This document shows, piece after piece, positions 28,954 through 37,118 of a stretch of DNA of 53,438 bases; the stretch's first letter is position 1; every line of letters begins with the position of its first letter. This DNA is from Gemmatimonadales bacterium (lineage in GTDB: Bacteria; Gemmatimonadota; Gemmatimonadetes; Gemmatimonadales; GWC2-71-9), in assembly GCA_035712665.1 (NCBI GenBank), contig DASTAN010000098.1, positions 1 through 53,438 of the forward strand. Reading direction: 5' to 3'. A program made the translations under genes and the position numbers. The notes below the pieces were generated by a model, which was not told the DNA's origin, did no database searches, and was given only the letters and a program-made list of their open reading frames with translations.

Positions 28954-29721
28954 TTACGGCAGCGGGGTGACGGTCACCGTGGTCTTCCCCGTGATCGGGA
29001 TCGGGGCATCCGCCATCGGCACGGTGATCGACATCGTCTGCGCCGACTCGATGCCGATCGAGGACGCGGGGCCGATGGCCGCCGAGACGACCTTCGCGGT
29101 CGACGTGGTCGTGCCCGACATCAGCATCTGCCCGCCCTGCTGCTCGCCGCTCAGCGTCCCCTCGGCCTTCGCCGTGAGGGTGAAGACGCCGCCGGCGAGG
29201 CCATCCACCGTCCACGTGGTGATCGTGGTGCCGGTCTGCGAGCCCTGCTCGTTGGTGTTGTTGATGTTGGTCGTGTCGGTCCAGGTGTCGCCGACCTTGG
29301 CGCCCTTGATCGGGTTGAAGAGCGAGCCGATCCCCTGCTGGATGATCGCGACCGCCTGGCTCTCCTTCGACGGCTTCGGCGTCCCCTCGATCTTGCCGTT
29401 CACGATGTAGAGGTGCCAGATCGCACCCTTCGCACTGTCGGCGAGGAACGGCGGCAGCGCCCCGGCGGCGGCGCCGGTCGCGTTCAGCGTCATCGAGTCG
29501 AGGACGACGTGGGCGATCTTGCCGCCCGCGGTGTCGCTCATCGTGATCGAGACGAAGCCGATCGCGTCGACGTTGTTCTCCTGGGGCCCCTGTCCGAGGG
29601 CGGTCAGGTCGACGGTCTGCGCCTGCTTCACTTCGATCTTGAACCGCTGCGGTGCGCCATCGGGGCCGCCAGGACCGGCGGCGAGCAGTGAGAGCGCAAG
29701 AAGACCAGCAACCATTGCCAT
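28954..29721 (-). CDS. Hypothetical secreted Thr/Gly-rich protein; paralog of 27999-28832
   Basis: Signal peptide MAMVAGLLALSLLAAGPG. Start re-set to ATG 29721 (GAAAGGG upstream). The track N-terminus would run through rnpB. Confidence 0.55.
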   Translation of the reverse strand: MAMVAGLLALSLLAAGPGGPDGAPQRFKIEVKQAQTVDLTALGQGPQENNVDAIGFVSITMSDTAGGKIAHVVLDSMTLNATGAAAGALPPFLADSAKGAIWHLYIVNGKIEGTPKPSKESQAVAIIQQGIGSLFNPIKGAKVGDTWTDTTNINNTNEQGSQTGTTITTWTVDGLAGGVFTLTAKAEGTLSGEQQGGQMLMSGTTTSTAKVVSAAIGPASSIGIESAQTMSITVPMADAPIPITGKTTVTVTPLP

Positions 29722-29761
29722 CCCTTTCGTGGTGTCGTGGCCCCCGCAGCCCGCGCCGCGG

Positions 29762-30140
29762 GGGGTGAGGTCGGACCGTAAGCCGAGTCCTGTTCCCGGC
29801 CCGAAGGCGCGGGTGATGATCATCTCTCTGGGATGCCGGTCGCCCGGCACCTCAAGCAGCCTACCCGTGGCTCCGACGGTGCGGGCCGCACCTCGCCACC
29901 TATTTGGCCTTGCTCCGACCGGGGGTTGCCGTGCCGTTCCCGTTGCCGGGACCGCGGTGGGCTCTTACCCCACCATTTCACCCTTGCCTGTACCCCGAAG
30001 GGCCATCGGCGGTGTCTTTCTGTTGCCCTGTCCGTCGCCTTGCGGCGCCCAGGCGTTACCTGGCGGTCTGCCCTGTGGAGCTCGGACTTTCCTCGGTCGG
30101 GTTGCCCCGACCGCGATCATCGCGTCCAACCTCGCCGGTG
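29762..30140 (-). ncRNA. rnpB: RNase P RNA, bacterial type A (ends approximate, about +/-10 nt)
   Basis: The minus strand carries GAGGAAAGUCCGAGCUCC (30077-30094), AGGGUGAAAUGGUGGGGUAAGAGCCCACC (29957-29985), GGAGCAAGGCCAAAUAGG and ACAGGACUCGGCUUAC (29778-29793). A P1 helix can be drawn between GGCGAGGUUGGAC at the 5' end and GUCCGACCUCACC at the 3' end. Confidence 0.9.
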
Positions 30141-30272
30141 AAGTCTAGTCGGCGTTCCTTCTACGCAACATCCGGGGAATCGGTGTCAATCGCCTGATCT
30201 CCGGGGTGGGTTGAGCGGTCGTTGTCGCCCGCAGGCGAGCGTGCGTCCTCACCCTCATCCCCGGAGGTCCCG

Positions 30273-31115
30273 ATGTACGACCGCGTGCTCGCGCCGCCCA
30301 CCATCGCGGCCGTGCTCGATCCGCTCGAACGCCCCACGGCCGAGGCAGTGGGCGATGGCTGCTTCGCGCTCGTCCACCGCGACTCGGTCCGCGAGGCGCT
30401 GCGGATGGTCCGCGAGCGCACGGTCGACGCCGTGCTGGTCTCGGTGCGCCGCGGCGCCGACGAATCGTCGACACTCGAGCAGTTCGCGCGACGCTTCCCG
30501 TCGATCCCCACGGTGGCGCTGGTCACCCGGCACGACCCGGCCGACGCGGAAGCGCTGCTGCGGGTCGGGGCAACCGGCGTGCGGCAGGTGGTGGATGCCT
30601 CGCACCCCAACGGGTGGCGCCGGCTTCGCGAGCTGCTCGGCGGGGCGTCGGCGGATCGCGGCGCGGCGCTGCTCAGGCCGATCTGCGAGGCGATCGGCCC
30701 GATGCCGGCGGGGGCGCTGCGCTTCTGGGAGGAACTGGTGCACGCCGCACCCGAGACCGCCACGGTGCGGCGTCTCGCACGGCGGATGCAGATCACGCCA
30801 TCGACGCTGGTGTCGCGCTTCGCGCGGCACGAACTGCCGAGTCCGAAGGATCATCTCGTCGCGGTGCGGCTCTGCCTCGCGGCGCGGCACTTCGACTCGG
30901 GCGAGCTCACCGTGGCCGATGTGGCGTATCGTCTCGACTACGCGTCGCCGCAGAGCTTCGGACGACACGTGCGCACCGTGCTCGGGATCACGCCGAGCGA
31001 GTTCCGCGCGCGCTTCCCGTATCCGATGGTGCTGGCGCGCTTCCTGGATCGGTTGGTGGTGCCGCACGCGGCGACGTGGCGAGAATTTGATCCGCTTGCG
31101 GCCGGCAGGCGGTGA
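30273..31115 (+). CDS. AraC/XylS-family transcriptional regulator with an N-terminal receiver-like (pseudo-receiver) domain
   Basis: C-terminal HTH ...TVRRLARRMQITPSTLVSRF...VADVAYRLDYASPQSFGRHVRTVLGITPSEFR. The N-terminus has a CheY-like beta-alpha pattern without an obvious acceptor Asp. GGAGG lies before ATG 30273. Confidence 0.75.
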   Translation: MYDRVLAPPTIAAVLDPLERPTAEAVGDGCFALVHRDSVREALRMVRERTVDAVLVSVRRGADESSTLEQFARRFPSIPTVALVTRHDPADAEALLRVGATGVRQVVDASHPNGWRRLRELLGGASADRGAALLRPICEAIGPMPAGALRFWEELVHAAPETATVRRLARRMQITPSTLVSRFARHELPSPKDHLVAVRLCLAARHFDSGELTVADVAYRLDYASPQSFGRHVRTVLGITPSEFRARFPYPMVLARFLDRLVVPHAATWREFDPLAAGRR

Positions 31116-31120
31116 ACGAA

Positions 31121-31190
31121 GAGAGGGGGGATCGGAGATCGGAGATCCGAGGGTGCATTCTCCGATCTCCGATCTCTGGTCACCGATCTC
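31121..31190. repeat. GATCGGA-type palindromic element, copy E3
   Basis: GAGAGGGGGGATCGGAGATCGGAGATCCGAGGG-TGCAT-TCTCCGATCTCCGATCTCTGGTCACCGATCTC. Confidence 0.9.
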
Positions 31191-31196
31191 GCGCAG

Positions 31197-31742
31197 CTAC
31201 AGTCCCAGTTCCTTCGCCGAGACCAGCGCGCGCACGGGCACTCCAGCGTCCTGGATCGTCGCGACGCCGCCGGCGGCACGATCGACCACGGCGAGCACGC
31301 CGACGACGGTGCCGCCTTCCTCGCGCACCGCCTCGATCGCCTGCAGCGCCGAGCCGCCCGAGGTGATCACATCCTCGATCACCACCACGCGGTCGCCGGC
31401 GGCGAAGTTCCCCTCGATGCGGCGGCCGGTGCCGTGGGCCTTCGCGGCCTTCCGCACGCTGAACGCGTCGAGCGGGACGGCGTCGTCGGCGCTGGCCGCG
31501 GCGATCGCATACGCGACCGGATCGGCCCCCATCGTGAGGCCGCCCACCGATCGGACATCCCACCCCGCCTCACGAATGGCTGCAAGGCCGAGGCGGCCGA
31601 TGAGGCGCTGGCCCTGCGCCGACATCGTGGTGAGGCGGCAGTCGATGTAGTACGGGGAGCGGGCGCCGGACGCCAGCACGAAGTCGCCGAAGCGCACCGA
31701 GCGCTCGCGGAGCAGCGCCACGAGGGCGTCGTGGTCGGTCAT
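31197..31742 (-). CDS. pyrE: Orotate phosphoribosyltransferase
   Basis: ...FGDFVLASGARSPYYIDCR..., PRPP loop DRVVVIEDVITSGGS. Start re-set to ATG 31742. Confidence 0.9.
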   Translation of the reverse strand: MTDHDALVALLRERSVRFGDFVLASGARSPYYIDCRLTTMSAQGQRLIGRLGLAAIREAGWDVRSVGGLTMGADPVAYAIAAASADDAVPLDAFSVRKAAKAHGTGRRIEGNFAAGDRVVVIEDVITSGGSALQAIEAVREEGGTVVGVLAVVDRAAGGVATIQDAGVPVRALVSAKELGL

Positions 31743-31767
31743 CGTCGATCCTGTGGGTGGCGCGCGG

Positions 31768-32655
31768 TCAGCGCTTGAACAGCGAGGAGAAGAAGCCCTT
31801 CTTCTCCGGCTCGGCGGTCGCGGCCTCACAGAAGGCGGTGACGAACTCGGTCACCGTCTTCCAGCGCTTGCTGCGATCGCGGGCGAGCCCCTTCATCACC
31901 ACTTCCTCGAGCCGGGCCGAGAACTTGAGCCCCTTGGTCGCCGAATTGAGCGGCGTCGGGTTCTCGGTGAGCAGCTGCTGGAAGAGCTCACGTGGGTTCT
32001 TGCCGGGGAACGGCGTCACCTCCGTCAGTGCCTGGTAGGCAATGACGGCCATCGAGTAGACGTCGGCCTGCTCGCCCACCAGCTCGCCCGACAGCGCTTC
32101 CGGGGCGACGTACTGCAGCGTCCCGACGAAGAAGCCGGCCCGCGTGAGCCGCTCCTCGGCCGGTTCCTCGGCGTCGCGGGCGATCCCGAAGTCGAGCAGG
32201 CGCACCTTCTGCTCGGCCGGGTCGTACATGATGTTCGCGGGCTTGAGGTCGCGGTGGATGATTCCCTGCGCGTGCGCGGCCTCGAGGGCAGCGCCGAGCT
32301 GCTGGATGATCCCGGCGACGACCGGCGGGGCGAGTGCACCCGAACGGGTCAGGAACGTCTCAAGCGGCTCACCGGCGGCCCACTCGAGCGCGAGGTAGTA
32401 GACCCCTTCGGCCTCGCCGAAGTCGAAGGTCCGCACCACGTTCGGGTGGACGACGCGGGCCCCGAACTCGGCCTCGCGCAGGAAGCGCTTGACCGCGATC
32501 GGGTCCTGGGCCAGTCGGCCGCGCAGGATCTTGAGCGCCACCTCACCCCGCTCGGGGTGCTGGGCCCGGTAGACCGCCGCAGTGCCACCTTCGCCCACCG
32601 GCTTGGCGAGGGTGTAGCCGGCGATCGTGCGTCCGACGAGAGGATCTTGTGCCAT
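31768..32655 (-). CDS. Serine/threonine protein kinase (Hanks type), soluble
   Basis: GEGGTAAVY...VALK, HRDLKPANI, DFGIA, ...GTLQYVAPE. Start re-set to ATG 32655. Confidence 0.85.
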   Translation of the reverse strand: MAQDPLVGRTIAGYTLAKPVGEGGTAAVYRAQHPERGEVALKILRGRLAQDPIAVKRFLREAEFGARVVHPNVVRTFDFGEAEGVYYLALEWAAGEPLETFLTRSGALAPPVVAGIIQQLGAALEAAHAQGIIHRDLKPANIMYDPAEQKVRLLDFGIARDAEEPAEERLTRAGFFVGTLQYVAPEALSGELVGEQADVYSMAVIAYQALTEVTPFPGKNPRELFQQLLTENPTPLNSATKGLKFSARLEEVVMKGLARDRSKRWKTVTEFVTAFCEAATAEPEKKGFFSSLFKR

Positions 32656-32734
32656 GGGAGTCCCCAAACGTACCGCCCGCCCCCGAGCCTCGGCAAGGCG
32701 AGACCAAAACCCGGATTCAGGCGTATACTCCACA

Positions 32735-34084
32735 ATGCCCACTCTGACTCGTCGTGCCGCCCTGCTGCTCGCCGTGGCGCCCCTCGCCGCCTGCACCTCG
32801 TGGCAGCGCGTCGGTGACACCACCTCGCCCAATCCCGAGGCGACGCTCACCCAGCTCTTCAACCCGGGCCCGCTCTACGCCCGCCTCGGGCGGCTGGTCT
32901 CGACGGGGCAGATCCCGTTCATCGGATCGGTGGCGCAGCTGCCGGGGCCGGGCGACTCGACCCGCGTCCTCATCGGCGTCTCGCTGGCCAATCGGGCCTT
33001 CACCTTCGAGCGAGTCGGCGATCGCTACGAGGCGCCGTATCGCATCGAATACACGCTGAGCCGCCCCGAGGCGCCGCCGCGCACCGTGCGCCAGGAGTCC
33101 TCGCTTCGCGTCGCCACGCTGCAGGAGTCGCTGCGCACCGACGAGTCGCTGCTGCTGCAGCAGGAGATCGACGTCGCGCCCGGGACCTACCAGCTCACCG
33201 TCCGCGTCACCGATCCGCGCGGCAACCAGGTCGGCACGGCGCAGCAGGAGATCGTCGCCCGCCCCTTCGCGCCGGGGACGATTTCGACGCCGATGCTGGC
33301 CTACCAGGCCACCGGGCGCGGCGCGCGCGGCGACTCGCTCGCCGTGGTGATGAACTCCCGCGGTGCGATCGCGTACGGCGGCGACACGCTGATGGTCTAC
33401 CTCGAGGGCGTCGGCTTCACGCAGCCCACGACGGTGCCGGTCGAGGTGCGCGACGAGCGCGACAGCGTGGTCACCCGCGTCGCGCTCCGCTTCACCGGGG
33501 CCCGCGAGATCGAGTCGCAGGTGATCCGCGTCGCCCCTGACTCGGCCCCCCTCGGCCAGCTACAGGTGATCGTGCAGGGCCCCGACACCGTGCGCACCGT
33601 GTCGGCGCTGGTGTCGTTCTCCGGCAACTGGGTGATCACCAACTTCGACGACCTCCTGTCGCTGCTCCGCTACTTCGGCGAGGACACCCGCCTCGAGCAG
33701 ATGCGCGACGCGCCGATGCAGGATCGCATCGAGCTCTGGCGCGACTTCTACCGCCGCACCGACCCGAACCGCCAGACGCCCGAGAACGAGGCGATCGACG
33801 CCTACTTCGCCCGTGTCGCGATCGCGAACCTGCGCTTCCGCGACGAGGGGATCCCCGGCTGGCGCACCGATCGCGGCGAGGTGTTCATCACCTTCGGCAA
33901 TCCCGACGAGGCGTTCGACGCGTCGCCGCTCAACCAGGGGCGCTACGTGCGCTGGGCCTACAACGACCTCCGCCTGATCGTCTTCTTCCAGGACGTCACC
34001 GGCTTCGGGCGCTTCCGACTCACCCCGCAGTCGCGCGCCGAGTTCGAGCGGATCCGCCGGCGGGAGCTGCGGCCGGCACAGTGA
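32735..34084 (+). CDS. GWxTD-domain lipoprotein
   Basis: Lipobox ...LAVAPLAAC and a C-terminal ...EGIPGWRTDRGEVFITFGNPDE... signature. Start re-set to ATG 32735. Confidence 0.8.
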   Translation: MPTLTRRAALLLAVAPLAACTSWQRVGDTTSPNPEATLTQLFNPGPLYARLGRLVSTGQIPFIGSVAQLPGPGDSTRVLIGVSLANRAFTFERVGDRYEAPYRIEYTLSRPEAPPRTVRQESSLRVATLQESLRTDESLLLQQEIDVAPGTYQLTVRVTDPRGNQVGTAQQEIVARPFAPGTISTPMLAYQATGRGARGDSLAVVMNSRGAIAYGGDTLMVYLEGVGFTQPTTVPVEVRDERDSVVTRVALRFTGAREIESQVIRVAPDSAPLGQLQVIVQGPDTVRTVSALVSFSGNWVITNFDDLLSLLRYFGEDTRLEQMRDAPMQDRIELWRDFYRRTDPNRQTPENEAIDAYFARVAIANLRFRDEGIPGWRTDRGEVFITFGNPDEAFDASPLNQGRYVRWAYNDLRLIVFFQDVTGFGRFRLTPQSRAEFERIRRRELRPAQ

Positions 34085-34174
34085 ACGGTAAGTGGTGAAC
34101 GGTGAACGGGGGTGACACGCGACAGGGGACAAGAGACATGGATCCAGCGTCCCGTGTCCCTTGTCCCGTGTCAC
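34081..34174. repeat. Composite heptamer element: GTGAACG x3-4, then a GGGACAC-type imperfect palindrome
   Basis: GTGAACGGTAAGTGGTGAACGGTGAACGGGGGTGACACGCGACAGGGGACAAGAGACATG-GATCCAG-CGTCCCGTGTCCCTTGTCCCGTGTCAC. The stop codon of the GWxTD gene lies in the first unit. Confidence 0.85.
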
Positions 34175-34191
34175 AGGCCTAGATTTCGCCA

Positions 34192-37044
34192 ATGCAACAA
34201 GTCTTCCTCATCGACGGCTACGCGCTGATCTATCGCGCGTTCTTCGCGCTCATCACCCGGCCGCTGCGCACCGGCAAGGGCGAGAACACCAGCGCCGCGT
34301 GGGGGGTGACGAACTTCCTCCTCCGTCTCCGCGAGAAGTACCGCCCGGACTATGTGGTCTGGGTCAACGACGCCGGCGACTCGTTCCGCACCCAGGCCTA
34401 CGCCGAGTACAAGAGCACTCGCGAGAAGCTCGACGACGAGCTGCAGGCGGACTTCGACACCGCCGTCGAGCGGGTGCGCGAGCTGCTCGCCGCCTTCCGG
34501 ATCCCGCTGGTCGAGGTCGACGGCTACGAGGCCGACGACGTGATCGGCACGCTGGCGAAGCGCGCGGCCGCCGCGGGGCTCGAGGCGGTGATTGTCTCGG
34601 GCGACAAGGACTTCTATCAGCTCATCGGCCCCGGGATCGCGCTGCTCAACCCCGGGCGCGGCGGTCCGGCCGGGGTCGACGAGACCTGGGTCACCGAGGC
34701 CAATGCCTCCGAGCGACTCGGCGTCCCGCCCCACCAGGTCACCGACTGGCTCGCCCTGGTCGGCGACTCGTCCGACAACGTCCCCGGCGTGAAGGGGATC
34801 GGCGAGAAGGGCGCGGTGCAGCTCCTCACCGAGTACGGCGACCTCGAGACGCTGCTCGCGCGCGCGGCGGACGTGACGGCGAAGCGCGCCCGCGAGGCGC
34901 TGCTCGCCCACGCCGACAACGCCCGCCTCTCGAAGCAGCTCGTGACGATCATGACCGATGTGCCGGTCGAGCTCGATCTCCACGCCCTCGAGGCGCACGC
35001 GCCCGATGTCGCGTCGCTGGCGCGGGTGTTCAACGAGCTGGAATTCCATTCGCTGTTGCCCCGACTGGAAAAGATCGAGAGGGGAGATCAGCGATCGGAG
35101 ATCGGAGCAGGGGGACACGGGACACGGGACACGGGACAGGAGGCGGGTGACGGGGCCAGTGCCCCCGCCCCCCTCACCCCTCACCCCTCACCGGTCGCGA
35201 CGACGGTCATCGAGGATGCATCAGCGCTCCCCGGCCTGATCGCCGAATTGCGCCGGGCCGGGATGGTCGCCTTCGACACCGAGACCTCGTCGCTCGAGCC
35301 GCGCGACGCCGAGCTGATCGGCCTCGGGCTCGCGATCACGCCGGAGCGCGCGTGGTACCTGTCGTTCGGGCATCGCGCACCGGGGGCCGATCTCTTCGGC
35401 GATGGCGCGGGCGGCGACGTGGTGCCGGTGCGGAACCTCCCGCCGATCACCGATCCGGCGTGCGCCGAGCTGAAGGCGCTGCTCGAGGATCCGACGGTGC
35501 CGAAGGCCGGGCACAACCTGAAGTACGACGTGCAGGTGATGCGTCGCGCCGGGGTGGAGGTGCAGGGGCTCGCCTTCGACTCGATGCTGGCGTCGTTCGT
35601 CCTCGACCCCTCGCGCCGCTCGCACGGCATCGACGCGCTCTCGCTCGAGTTCCTCGGCCGACCGATGACGCAGTTCACCGACCTCGTGGGGAAGGGGAAG
35701 GCGCAGATCCCGTTCGCCGAGGTCGAGGTCGCGAAGGCCGCGGCGTACTGCGGCGCCGATGCGGCGACGGTGCTGTCGCTTCGTGATCGCTTCGATCCGG
35801 AGCTCGACCGCCACGCGCTCCGGACGCTGCTCGAGACGCTCGAGATGCCGCTGATCCGCGTGCTGGTGGACATGGAGTGGACCGGGATCGCGATCGACCC
35901 CGCCCACTTCGCGAAGCTCGCCGAAGAGCTCGGCCACGACCTCGACGTGCTCGATGCCGAGATCCGTCGCGTCGCGGACGAACCGGGGCTCAACATCAAC
36001 TCGCCGAAGCAGCTTGCCGAGATCCTCTTCACGAAGCTCGAGCTCCCGGTCATCAAGCGCACCAAGACCGGCCCCAGCACCGATGCCGAGGTCCTCGACA
36101 CGCTCGCCGAGCAGGGCCACGAGCTGCCGCGCCTCATCCTCGGCTATCGCGAGCTGCAGAAGCTCAAGAGCACCTACGTCGACGTCCTCCCCGCGAAGGT
36201 GCGCCGCGACACGGGGCGGATCCACACCTCGTTCAACCAGATCGGCGCGCAGACCGGGCGGCTCTCGTCGAACGACCCGAACCTGCAGAACATCCCGATC
36301 CGCACGCCGCGCGGCGAGGCGATCCGCCGCGGCTTCATCCCGCAGGCCGGGTGGCAGTTCGTGGTGGCCGACTACTCGCAGATCGAGCTGCGGCTGATGG
36401 CGCACCTCTCGGGCGACCCGGCCTTCGTGCAGGCGTTCCGCGAGGGCGGCGACATCCATCGCCAGACGGCAGCGCTGATCTTCGGCGTGCCGGTGGCGGA
36501 GGTGACGCCCGAGATGCGCGCGCGCGCCAAGACGATCAACTTCGGGACGATCTACGGGCAGGGGCCGTTCGCGCTCGCGAAGCAGCTGGGGATCACGCAG
36601 GACGAGGCGAAGGCGTTCATCGGCGACTACTTCACCCGCTTCAGCGGGGTGCGGGCCTACCTCGACCGCCAGGTCGAGATCGCGCGCGAGCAGGGCTACG
36701 TCGAGACCCTCTTCGGGCGCCGGCGCTACATCCCCGAGATCCGCGACAAGAACTTCAACCTCCGCTCGTTCGCCGAGCGCACGGCGCAGAACACCCCGCT
36801 GCAGGGGTCGGCCGCCGACCTCATCAAGCGCGCGATGCTCGCGGTGCACGCCGCGCTCCCCGCCGAGGGGCTCCGGTCACGGCTGCTGCTGCAGGTGCAC
36901 GACGAACTGGTGGTCGAGGCCCCGGCCGAGGAGGCCGAGCGCACCGCGGAGGTGCTCAGGCGCTGCATGGTCGGCGCGGCCCAGCTCGACGTGCCGCTGG
37001 AGGTCGGGATCGGGATCGGGGGGAACTGGAAGGACGCCAAATAG
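34192..37044 (+). CDS. polA: DNA polymerase I
   Basis: 5' nuclease (...GDSSDNVPGVKGIGEKGA...), 3'-5' exonuclease (AFDTETSSL), polymerase motifs A DYSQIELR, B KTINFGTIYG and C LQVHDELVVE. One continuous 950-aa frame. Confidence 0.95.
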   Translation: MQQVFLIDGYALIYRAFFALITRPLRTGKGENTSAAWGVTNFLLRLREKYRPDYVVWVNDAGDSFRTQAYAEYKSTREKLDDELQADFDTAVERVRELLAAFRIPLVEVDGYEADDVIGTLAKRAAAAGLEAVIVSGDKDFYQLIGPGIALLNPGRGGPAGVDETWVTEANASERLGVPPHQVTDWLALVGDSSDNVPGVKGIGEKGAVQLLTEYGDLETLLARAADVTAKRAREALLAHADNARLSKQLVTIMTDVPVELDLHALEAHAPDVASLARVFNELEFHSLLPRLEKIERGDQRSEIGAGGHGTRDTGQEAGDGASAPAPLTPHPSPVATTVIEDASALPGLIAELRRAGMVAFDTETSSLEPRDAELIGLGLAITPERAWYLSFGHRAPGADLFGDGAGGDVVPVRNLPPITDPACAELKALLEDPTVPKAGHNLKYDVQVMRRAGVEVQGLAFDSMLASFVLDPSRRSHGIDALSLEFLGRPMTQFTDLVGKGKAQIPFAEVEVAKAAAYCGADAATVLSLRDRFDPELDRHALRTLLETLEMPLIRVLVDMEWTGIAIDPAHFAKLAEELGHDLDVLDAEIRRVADEPGLNINSPKQLAEILFTKLELPVIKRTKTGPSTDAEVLDTLAEQGHELPRLILGYRELQKLKSTYVDVLPAKVRRDTGRIHTSFNQIGAQTGRLSSNDPNLQNIPIRTPRGEAIRRGFIPQAGWQFVVADYSQIELRLMAHLSGDPAFVQAFREGGDIHRQTAALIFGVPVAEVTPEMRARAKTINFGTIYGQGPFALAKQLGITQDEAKAFIGDYFTRFSGVRAYLDRQVEIAREQGYVETLFGRRRYIPEIRDKNFNLRSFAERTAQNTPLQGSAADLIKRAMLAVHAALPAEGLRSRLLLQVHDELVVEAPAEEAERTAEVLRRCMVGAAQLDVPLEVGIGIGGNWKDAK
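35077..35192 (+). repeat. Composite heptamer element embedded in frame in the polA inter-domain linker
   Basis: GAGAGGGGAGATCAGCGATCGGAGATCGGAG + (GGGACAC)x3-4 + a 27-nt spacer + (CCCTCAC)x3. Same module order as the intergenic element at 47199-47308. Translates as ERGDQRSEIGAGGHGTRDTGQEAGDGASAPAPLTPHPSP. Confidence 0.85.
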
Positions 37045-37047
37045 GAC

Positions 37048-37118
37048 GAGAGGGGAGATCGGCGATCGGAGATCCGGGGGCGCGGTCTCCGATCGCCGAT
37101 CACTGATCTCCCATCTCC
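37048..37118. repeat. GATCGGA-type palindromic element, copy E5
   Basis: GAGAGGGGAGATCGGCGATCGGAGATCCGGGGG-CGCGG-TCTCCGATCGCCGATCACTGATCTCCCATCTCC. The right arm encodes the last codons and stop of the MMPL gene. Confidence 0.9.

Noticed and set aside
29519-30197. ORFs 29519-30148, 29833-30141 and 29904-30197 (plus strand) and the first 43 codons of ORF 28954-29850 (minus strand)
   Set aside because: All of them lie over the RNase P RNA gene, whose conserved elements (GAGGAAAGUCCGAGCUCC, ACAGGACUCGGCUUAC, and others) are unmistakable on the minus strand.
34192-37044. polA as a pseudogene or as two genes split by an insertion
   Set aside because: The reading frame is uninterrupted through the inserted element, and all nuclease, exonuclease and polymerase motifs are intact. 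I therefore call a single functional gene with an in-frame insert.
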